From: a virus
Direction: 5' to 3' (one strand)
Virus record (IMG/VR): IMGVR_UViG_3300032323_000670
Span: 32,001 to 96,000 of that record
DNA: 64,000 bases
Each line of letters begins with the position of its first letter. Positions within the stretch are counted from its first letter, which is position 1. The position numbers and the translations under genes are program-made. A model generated the notes under the pieces. It was not told the origin of the DNA, searched no databases, and saw only the letters and a program-made list of their open reading frames with translations. Below, one piece after another: positions 35,751-47,700 of the stretch.

Positions 35751-38700
35751 GATAATCCTTTACATTTTTTAAAAAACTCTTTTACATCTGTATCTGTAAC
35801 AGTTTGTGCTCCAATACCTTTATAGTAACCTTGCACAAACTCACTACCTGACTCTGTACCTAGTGTTGTTGTAACACCAGGAGTTTGAGAAGTAAGTAAG
35901 CTTAACGTAGGATTCTGGTACGCAAAGTCTTGTAACAACCTCTTAGACAAATATACAAATAAACTAGGAGCAGGTCTATTATTAGTTCTAACATTTTCTG
36001 TTGGTTGAATGTCAAATCCTACAAAGGTCTGACCCAAACCTCTAGATGGAAATACTATCTCCATACCCTGTCCCTTCTTCTCAAGTAATCTATCTAAAGC
36101 TTTATCAATTTGAGCTTTAAGCTTATCATAGTTTTGATCTGTCACAGGTATAGCAGTAGATACGGGAGCAGCTAAAGTTGGTATACCAAGTGATATACCC
36201 ATAGCTTTACCTGGCATCCAAGCTTGTCTTGTTTGACTCTTGTCAACAGCATCCATTGATACACCAGTCTCAGTCAAGAAGAAGTCATCAAATACAAATA
36301 GTTTACCTGGATTTGCAGCACCTATTTCTTGTACAGCTTTTGTATCAAGAGCGTATGTACCATTAGAGACAAACTTTAACTCATCATAGATCAGAGCAGG
36401 TTTCATAACCTCAGCAGTTTGTGTATTTACAACTGTAGGTACTCCCGGTTGATTCTTTATTAGTCCTGGGAATGGTCCACCTGTCTCACCAAGACGTTCT
36501 GTTTGCACTCTTTCAAATGAAGCAGCTTGTGTAGTGACTGGAGCTATGGTTGGTTGACTAGCTACAAAATTTTTAAATCCTTCTAGATCTTGTTTAGTAC
36601 CTAATATATGTGTCTGATCAGACTTTCTTACAACGTGTGTTGTATTTTCCATATCAGAATAATCCACACCAATTAAACCATCATTATATTTATAATAACT
36701 TAATAAGTCTCTTGCATCTTGTGTACGACTTGGAGGTACGAAACCTGGTTTTAAACGTCTTCTGTTGAATTTTACATTAGATATAACTACTGGATTTTTT
36801 ACATTAATTATAACTGGAAGAACAATAGGTGATTCTGATGATCTTGTTCCAGCAAATTCTGTTGCATAATTCAGATCAGCTAAAAATATAGCACCTGAAC
36901 CAAAACCTTCTAACGAATCCCGATCATTAAATTTATCAAACTGAGCAGATGTACCATGGTAAACGATATCCTTAACCTTACTGTCTGGGAATATACTGTC
37001 AATGTATTGAGAGTATTGTTGTGGTGTACCTATAGAAGAAAGTTCAGGATTAGAATCAAATAGTTCTGTCACACCCTCCTTAACTGGAGTTTGAGCAGTA
37101 GGTTGTATTACTTCAAACTCAATAGCAGCAGCACCATCTTTAAATCTATCTATTACACTTACATCATCATCTCTCCAACCTTCTTTTGTCCAAGTTCCTT
37201 TCCAACCTGCAGACCCTTTAGGATGAATAGAAGTTACTCTAGCATAAACAGTTTTAGTAGTACCATCTGCGGACTTACCGTAGTGTTTAACAACATCTCC
37301 TACTTTGATACCATACTTACCCATTTCACCTTCACTTCTAGTAGTTCTAGTTCTGAACCCTGCTTCTATCATATCAATAGAATGAGCGTTAGGACCGAGA
37401 GCTTCTATTACTTCAGGGTTAGCCGTTACTGTAGAACCGAATGAGTTTATACCTGATACTTTGTTCTGAGGTATATTAGCTACAGCTTGTTGACTTACAT
37501 CAACTTGAGTAGAAGTTTCAACCGTAGGCTTAGGAGATACTAGCTTATCAAACTTCTCATTAAATATAATGTTAGAAGGTATAGGTCCTGCAGCATTAAA
37601 CATATCTGCCATCTCTTTACCACTATAACCATTAAGATTAGTTTCAGAGTAGTCCGATACCAAGAACTCCTTATTAGAGTTTTGTTTAGCATACTCATAC
37701 AAACCTTTGATTTCATCTATGATTTCTTCAGGAGTACTAGACTTTTTTACATCATAGAACTTCTTAGTTACAATCGCATAAGACTGTCCTTGTAACCCTC
37801 TACTTTGACCTTGGATAGCTCCAAATCTATCTTTAGCTAGTTTTGCGGAACCTGATCCATGTGTAGGTTTACCTCCTTTAGAACTTCCTTCATTAGAACC
37901 AAATACAAATATCTGATTTGGTTGTAAACTATCTACTTTACCAGAATATGTTTTACGAGCAGCAGAAGCCTGTGCTGATTGACCAAAGGTCTTTTTGTAT
38001 ACATCTCTGATTGCTTGTTCAGCTTCAGCAGACATACCTCTACTACCAATAGCTGCAAAGTTTCTAGTAAGAGTTGGTGTTTCAATAGCTACAAACTGAG
38101 AACCATCCCATGTATACCATCCTTTTGGTAAATGTGATTGAGCTTTAGCATTAGGATCATTGTATACATAAACCGGTTTACCTGCTTGTATAGCCATCTC
38201 AACTGCATACCCAGTACCACCTTGAACAATTTCAGACTTGATTACTATTCTTTGTTCTTCTTTTTTCTTATTCACATCTTCACTCCAAACGTCACCTACT
38301 TTACCAATAGGTGCAATAGCAAATACCGCATCAGAATAATACACCTGAGCCCAGTTTCTAATCAGTCTCTCGTCTTTCATTGTAGCATACGCATATGGTA
38401 CAATTTTACCAACTTTCATCTTATTACCCCACATTTTATTAGCAGCTTCAGCTACTTTAGATGCTCCGGTAACAGCAACTTGTAATTCAGTTATGTCAAC
38501 ATTACCCTTAGGAGCATTCTTTTCAGAACGTGTTCCTGTATAGTAATGGTTAAACTTAACAGGTCCAAACTCTTGCCCTATCTCATCCCACTTAGTATCT
38601 GCACCCGCAGCTCCACCAGAATGACCTCTAACATTTGATGGTCTTAGTGCACCTGTCAAACTACCTATAGAAGAACTCCAGTTTACAAAAACGGCACCTG

Positions 38701-41700
38701 GTGTATATTTACCAGTATCTGGATCAACCGAAGCTTGTTTTTGCTCAAACAACTCTTTATAATTTGCTAGTATAGCGGTACCTACATTAGAGTTGAGGTC
38801 ATTAATAAATGTATTCAAAGCAGGCTCAAGCATCTCAGGTAGACCTGTTCTAGTCTGATCAAATATAGATCCCATAGATATACGGGAGTTTGGATCATTA
38901 CCTGCTTGCATGAACGCTATAAGAGGTAGTTTAGAGAAGAATGCTGCAATAGCTTCTTTCTCCGCTTCTCTCTCTGCTATAACTTTTGATGGATCCATAA
39001 GATTCATCATCTGACTTGTGTAAGCTGTCAATTTATCAGGGTCCTTTTCTCTAAACTTCTGAGTTAAGAAAGTGTAACCTTGTTCTGATTTAGAACGTAA
39101 TGTCTTTAATACATCATAGTTCTCAGCAAGCGCTTCATTCTGACTTAAGATATAATCAAATCTATCAGCAATTGAGAATATACCTAACTGTCTATCTGTT
39201 TTAAATAAAGCATTTACATTAAATGTATTATCTAATGCTTTGTTTCTTATAAACTCCTCATACAATTGCGGTAAGTCATAGTTAACTACTTCACCCTCCT
39301 TTGCCATTGCAGATAGGTCTGTCATACGTTTTTGTGCAAAGTATCTAAACTCTTGATTCTTCTCAATTGATTTATATGGCATACCATCTCTAAGCATCTC
39401 ACGCTCATAAACAAACTGTCTATATATAGCGCGTGCTTTAGTATCTGGATATCCTGCAAACATATCTATTGGTAAATTTGCCACCAATCCTAAACCATAA
39501 CCTTCTTTAGCAAACGCTTTAGTCTTATAGTCATTATCAATTGCATAGTTATCTACAGCTAGCTTACCTGTTTTTATATCATAGAATGCTCCAAATCCTA
39601 AGTTTGGTTCTTTTTCAATTGTAACTTCTTTAGAAATATCTGCAGACTTATATGTGGTAGCAGCAGGATCAAAAGTATTATGGTAATTATAAAACATGTA
39701 AGATGTCAAGTTATTGACAAAGTCAGACTGATATCTTTCTCTTACATCCTTATCCATGAATTGATTACTTAGCACTCTAGCTAAGTAACTATTAATGTTT
39801 CTTACACCTCTTAAAGGAAGTAAAGCAGACACTGCATCCACCATAATATCAGATGCTATGAAGTTGTGAAGGACTGTCTTATTTAATAAGTTATTAATAC
39901 TTTCTGTAGAGAATCTATCTGAAAGCTCTCTTAGATTAGCTTCTTTTTGAGTAGCTTCAAATAAAGACTGTTGCTTGTCTGTATCAAAGTTAAGATTTCT
40001 CTTAAGCTCAACATTACCTTTAGCCATGTTCTGAACTTCCAAGAAATGTAAAAACGTTGCTAAAGCATAATCACTATCTGTGTTATCAGTCTTAGCTTGC
40101 TTCATTAACTCCTCTTGGGTAAAGAAGTAGTTCCCATCATTTAGGAATTCTTGAGCTAGCGATAATACTTCTCCGGTAGGTTTACTATAAATATTTCCTT
40201 TTTTGTCAATAGTAATTGCTAGATCAGGACGATACTTTTCTAATACATCAATCATAGCTTGATACTTAGCAAAATTTGGATTAGAGATCTCACCTTTTGC
40301 AAGTGGGAATACACCATTATACGATTGAACTAACTGTAAGTATTCTCTTACCATTGGTTGAGATGCAAGGGCAACAGCTGTTTTAATAGGCACCCCTCCC
40401 ATAACCATGAATTCTACTTCACCTTCAAATTCTTTAACAGCGTTGATGTCAAACACCCAATCTTTTTTAGCTACGTCTAAGTAACCATTCATGATTTGAG
40501 ATATTACATCTGCAATGTCATATTCATTATTAGCATCCAGAGTATGACTTAGTGATACAACTTTAGTACCATCATCTTCTACATAGTAGTTATGATCCAT
40601 ACGTATCACATTTTCTATACTCCAAGAGCTTGTACCTTTGGAGTTATACACAGTAGATACTGGTTGCATTGCTAGACCCACACTCTTATATAAAGGAAAG
40701 AATGTAGCTCCTGAAGCTAACATACTAATACCTGTCTTACCAGAAGACATAGCAACCGCTTTATCAATATTGTAGCGGTTCTGCATTATCTTGGTGGGTG
40801 AGTTAATTACTTGCTCCTTTCTATTAATAGGACTGAAATCTTTTACAATACCTGTATCATCATCAGTAAAAATGTCTGTAGAGTTAGGTGTAGTTAAACT
40901 AACATAGTTAGCAGGTCTTAATAAAAGATCTGACCAGCTATCAAGTATATCATTTTGATATGCTCTAGGTTTAAATGAGTTACTTTCTCTATTGAGTTCA
41001 CGTAATTTTTTATTTTCTTCTTCAAGTTCAATGTTTCTTCTATCAAGTGTTTCATTCAAGAAGTTTTCTCCAAATGCTCTCTTTAAGAATTCTCTTTTAA
41101 CAGTAGCTTCTTCTTCAGTTAATTTGTCTATCTGAGACTGAAAAGAGTCTTCTACATCCTGATAGCTTGCATTTGAAGCATTTGGATCAGCTATAAACTT
41201 ATCATAAGCTGCATTTAATTCTTTTCTTAATGTGTTTATAGGTTTTCTATACTTATTTTTTATAGCATTAAACTCCTCTTCCTGCTCAGGTGTGAAAGGT
41301 AACTTTTGTTTTCTCACCTCATCTATATACTCATTATAATCATCATAGATACTAGCAATATAGTCTTTAATCTTTTTCTTCTCTTCTACTATTTCTTCAA
41401 AAGTTTTAGTAGTAGCCTTAGGTCTAGTTAGTTCTATAACACCTTTATTATCACTGATAACAGGTCTGATTACAATCAACTTATCAATGTCAAAGTCACC
41501 ACCTGATTTAGCTACAATCTCTGAAGGTACAATGATTATGTTACCCGCTTCTGCAGGTAAGAACTCAGCAACCTCCATTGATTCAATGTAGTTCATACTA
41601 GCTGTTGGAATACGAGTACCTCCCATAGTAAGCATCTTGCGATGGTCACCAGTGTTTAACCATTCCTCATCATATTTTATTAACTCATTGAGTCTTTCTC

Positions 41701-44700
41701 TCGTACCTATGACTTTTCCATCAAGATCTTTTAATTTTAGTAACTTAACAAAGTCTCCTTGTAAAGCTACCTTAACTTGCATTGATCCAATAGATACAGT
41801 TTTTTTAGGGTCATCTGTTACTTTACCTTTCTTATCTAGAGGTCTATAGAATAATAAACCATTTGTACCATACTTTTCTAGATCTTTTTCAGTTGGTTTA
41901 GTAAACTTCTCAAAACCAATACCTGACCCTTGAATGTAAGCTTCACCATAGATCATCTGATCTATAATTCTTTTATTTACAAGAGAGTTTACAAGCTTTT
42001 CAATTTTTGCTGGATCATTAGCTAGATCTAATGGTAAAAGAATGTTTCCAGTAGAACTAAGCTTTATATAATCTATATCATATAGTGATATGTCTCTCTT
42101 AGCTAAGTTAGTTTTAATAAACTCAATGAGCTTTTGCTTATTGATTTTACCATCTGCATAGCCAAGTTCTTTCTTAAGATCTTCTTTAGCTACATCAATC
42201 ATCTTAGAAATTGCTCTCTGATAACGTTGCTCTAATGCATATGCTGGTGACTCATTTTCCTTTTCAGTTTCATCAGTAATTGAATTCCAAAGCTTACGTC
42301 TTTTTTCATCACTCATATTAGGTTTGAAATCAACAGGGAATCCTTGCTCTAATACACCAGACGTAATAAGCTTACGAGCTTGAGTTGGGAACTTCTGTTT
42401 GTTATTCCATGTATCATGTGTAGCAAGCTGCTCTTTTAAATACTGTAGGAATATGTCATTTTTAGTAAAGGTGTAACCTGGTTTAGTGTATGCAGGCTCA
42501 GCACTACCATTACGTTCAGTATAGAAAAGATCTAACTTTCCGTTCTTACCAAGAGATGCTAACTTAGAACCTGAATGCATTACAGCATAGGCGATACCTT
42601 GAGAAACCATTTTATTATGAAGCTTCTCTAAGTGACTATCTTTAATAACACTAGGTATTAAAGGCATTACTGAATACTTGTGGAAAGCATTCACTGGGAA
42701 ATTACTAGTAGATAGTGCACCACCATACTGCAATTTTTTAACAGGGAAGAATATAGCTAGCCTATCAGCATCTACCTCAACACCATTAATAATATCTTCA
42801 TATAGTTTTTGCTTAACTGGTCCCCAGTTACCAAATCTCATCTCTAAAGCACGGTATGCATCAAAGCTAATCCAAGCTTGAGCATCTGCAGACTTCATGT
42901 TTTTATACTCACTATACTTCTTACTATAATACTTTATAGCAGAAGCTTCATCTTGAAATTGTTTTTTGTTAACAGCTACACCTGCAGCATACTTCACCAT
43001 TGTATCAAAGTAGATAGAATCTTCAAATGCGTCTTCTAGTACTGCAGTTGATAGAACCTCTCCTTCTAATGCACCTTTCTCTGGTTCTGGTAAACCCGTA
43101 TTCTTAAACCAAGCACTAGATGTATATATGCCAGGATTATTAGCAATCACAGATTGTGTTGTGGCACCTGTTACAGGAATCTTACCTGTTGCAAAGAATG
43201 CAGCCACACGTTTCATGTGCTCATCCTTATTATGATTATAAATAGCAGGATCACCATAGACAAGAGTATTCATCTCCACTCTATGGATAAAGCTAGTGTA
43301 TACAAAGTTTTCTACTGCAGCAGGGAAAATAGTATCTATCTCAGCATAGACCCTTCTACTTACTTTTTTACCGTTTTGTAACTCTTCAACATTGTAATCA
43401 AATTTCTTTTTTACTTCTGATAGCATTCCTGATCTTTCAGATAAACCATAAGATCTAAGAGTCTCGGTATCTTTACTGATCTCGTTGTTAAAATAGTTAT
43501 TAAGATCTGTCTCTATTCTGAACTTTAAATCAGCATTACTTCTAATAGCACTTCTAAACTCTTCTACAGTATTTATATTACTGTTTATTAATTCATTTTT
43601 AACCGCATTACTAAGTATGCCATCAAATACTGTAAACTTAGATCCTGCATCTTCATATGTTACATACTTACCGTCTTTAAGATAAAGTATGATGTCTGAT
43701 GCTTTTTCCCCATAGACATTGTTCTTACTAGCCTTTACCTTTTTGATACGCTCAAGTTCTGAACCAACATAATCCAGTATAATAGCATTAGCTGCATCTC
43801 TACCTAGAGAAGCGTTGTTTCCAGATCTAGCTTGAGCAAATAGTTCAGGACGCACATAATAGTTAATACTAGGATCTCCGATAAGCTTAGCAATATAAGC
43901 TGAACTTTTATCAGCATGTTTGTAAGCTTCAGTAGCACCATACATATTTGTAAAGAAGAAATCTCTTAACCATGCTGTTTGCTTATCAGAATCAGAAGAC
44001 TTAATGCCTTTTACCATTGATTCTATTTCCGCAGTTAGATTTATTAATTGAGTTCCTTCTAAAGACTTTAAGTCAAGAGTTGCTCTTACTCCCTTATATC
44101 TCATTCTACCTTGAAGATTTGCTCCAAACATTCTCTGGAATATCTGAGATGTTTTTACAGCAGGATTGATGGCAGGATTGAAATGAGCTAAGTGAGGTTG
44201 AGCTGTAGCACTTTCTAGTGAATCGCTATTATTTAAATCTAATATTACATTACCTGCAGAGCTAGGATTACTTCTTTCACTTTTTGGTTTCTCCTCAGCT
44301 GTCTTAGACATGTAATTAGCATACAGAGGGTTTACTCTTGACTCAATCTCATAAAGCTTTTTAAAATTACCCTCATGATTATATACAAGAGAATCTTCTC
44401 TCTTTTGCCCGGAATATCTAGTTATATATTCTACATTGCTATTGAAAAGACCTTTTTGCTTATCCTCTAATCTAAATTTTAATATTGTATCTACAATACC
44501 AGATTCATTAAGATTAGCAATGTTTTCCTCTGTATTAGTTAAGCGTATACCTAGATCCCCAAAGAATTCTATTGGATTAATATTTTCTATTGATTTACCA
44601 GCATACTTGTTTTTTAAAGCTTTTACACTGATTCTCACATTACCTTGAGCATCATAGCTTTTAAAAGGTGACGGGTTATAAGATATAAATTGATTAGCAA

Positions 44701-47700
44701 AGTCTCTTCCTAAAGCCGCAGGTGCTGAATCAGCAACACCTACAACTACTTCAATACTACTGTCTCTTTTTTTAACAAGCATCTTCATGCCCTGTATTCT
44801 ATCATACCTAACACTATGAAAAAGTAAAACCCATAACGAGTGAGCACCTAGAGATGTATCTGTAGGTTTACCTAGTTTCCCTAAGAACTGCTGAAGCATT
44901 AAAGAGTTAGGATCAAGTTCACCCTTTGTTTTCTTTTCAGAGGCTAGAGAGAGCTTTTCGTACATATCATCTATAGTATTACTACCCTCAACAGCTGCTG
45001 ACACAAGATTATATATAACTCTCGGATCAGCTAGTTCTATTCCGCCTATAATATTATACTTGTAACCATCTGGATTTTCATCAGTTACCTCAACTCTTTT
45101 GTGCACAGATCCCATAAGGAATCTCATTTCAGGATTTACCCTTTCATAGTCAGTCTTCTTAGTTCCGTCATTTGATTCAAGTTGATTAGTTACAGGATCA
45201 CCATCTTCTGCATTCTCAGATGTACCTTCAACATATGAAAGCTCCTCATCATTAAGAATAGATTCTGTAGTATCTAGAAAACCTGTACGCTGATTATAGT
45301 AAGCTATTACACCTATTTCTTTGTTGTTATTAAGATTCTCTAAATCTCCAAATTTATCAATAGCATCTTGAATATAAGAAAGTCTTTTTTCAATAACCTG
45401 TTGCTCAACACTACTTGTAACATTATCTAATTGATTAAGGAGCCTATCTCTGTTTGCAACAAAACTATTAAATGCATAACGTAAAGCTATCTTCTTTGTC
45501 TCTGGATCATAAAGCGTACTAAGAGTATACTTACTACTAGCTTCTCCCGCTAATCCTTCACTTAGCATATCTACATAGTCAGATATGTATGAGCCCATTG
45601 CTTCTGAAATAGCTAGTGAAGCATCAACATCTATCGTTTTTCTAACTCCCTTTTCATCAATGTTTAATGTTATACCTGAGTATAATACATCAAACTGAAC
45701 ATTCTCCTGGTTATAGGTTCTATCAACAAAGTCACCAGTATATAATTCATTAAATGCACTATTTAATAGCTCACTTTCTGTAAGGTGTACAGCTAAAGAG
45801 TTATTATCAGCTTTTCCAAATAAAGCTTTGAGTGCTTCCCATAATTTCTTAAAGAAAGATCTGAACTTGCTTGACTCTGTCTTTTGAGTCTTTGCATATT
45901 CACGGAACTCATCTGCTAAGTATTCCTCAGCATAGAGTATATGTTGCATATTACTAAAATCTAAGTCACCGCTGTTCATAGTTTCCCACTTAGCAGTACC
46001 GTGATTATAGTAAGTAATTGTCTTGTTTAGTTTCTTTACCTCATTGTACAATACCTCTCTTTCCTCATTAGTCATAAACAACTGAGTGAAAGCATGCCAT
46101 GCTTCATGGTAAAGATCAGTGCTATCAGAGCCTTTGAAAAGAGTTATACCACTCTTTGTAAACTGAGCTTTGATTTTAGGATTAGTATTAGCATACTTAA
46201 ACAATACTTGGTAGGGTACAACCTCAGACAGCTTCTTTGTTACTTGCTTTCCCTTACTGTCTCTAAAAGTAATTTCAGTAGTGTTATACCACTTGTCACC
46301 ATCTTCAACTTGTTTAGCTGTAGCTTTAACGCTATCATCTCGCATACTGTAAAGTTTGCTAGGATCAATTCTAGCTTTGGTGGCTTCAATAGCAGCTTTA
46401 CGAGCATCTTCTGAGAAGGTCATTCCCAAATTAGATAACTTTGGTTTAGACATCTCCTCAATTTCTTCATTAGAGGTTTCTTCAACCTCTTCTGATTCAG
46501 GTGTAATTTTAGACAGAGTCTCAATATTAGCATCATACTTAATGTATCCATTAAGCATCATAACATCTCCATTCTCATCTACTTCAGCTTTGATATATGC
46601 ATTATTAACAAGCCATTCTTTATATGGAATCGGATTGCTTACATATTCAAATTTACCATTACCTAATGGTGTAAGGCTGAACATGTCTATAGTTCTATTA
46701 GGAATTATATAAGACGGTTCATTATATGAAAACTGATTTTTAAATGTCTCAGTTTTACCATCTTCATTTGTTGCAGTTACGTTTCTGGTAAGAAAGTTTA
46801 TAATCTTACTTTTTACATCAGGGTCTTTAGGATTTAAAGTTTCACCTTCTAGGTAAATTTGACCTGTTGTAGTATTAATTGATATACCACCGTCAGCTCC
46901 AAGAATAGTAAAATCTCTAATAGCAACATACTTTTGTTGAGCTGAAAGAGGTTGACCATCTGCACCAATGACATCTCCTGTAAGTAGATCAGCAACTGTA
47001 TTTGCCATTTCAGGTGTATAGGCAGCCATTGCCAGCCTAACAGCAGTGCCATCAGAAAGTCTTATTAGTTTGGTATCCTTCTTACCTACACGACTTATCT
47101 CTATTGAGTAGTTAGTTTTTAAATTACTTAATAGCGTTACTGCATCAGAATTATAATTAATGGTACCTTCACTATATCCTGTTATATTTAATGGTAGTAT
47201 CTCTCCTGGATTCTTATCCAAGTACTCCTTCATATTAGTTATGGCATCATAGGCCATTGAGTACTCATTAATAACCTTTTGTTTAGTTAGACTACTGTCT
47301 TTTTTAAGACGGTCTGCAATTGTTTGAACTGAAATACCTAACTGCTCTTCAAGATTATACTCACGGATACCATTCTCATTAACTTTAAATGAAGGAACGG
47401 TTCTTATAGGAAAGTATATAAGCTTTCCATTTTCTTTAGTAGTAACGTTGTAACCGTTATCAAAATAAACATACTCACCATTTTTATTAGTAACTACAGC
47501 ATGAAACTGTTGAGAAGTAATATCCTCTATGTTTTTAACAGACTGCATGTCAGGATAAAGCTGGTCAATAGAAATACCACCTTTAACAAGTGATAAACGT
47601 ACACCGCCTGGGACTCCTTGAAATGAAACTGTCCCCTCATTACTTCTACCAGTTAAGGTCATGATTTTACCTAGCTTTTTAATAAAGCCGTAATACCATT

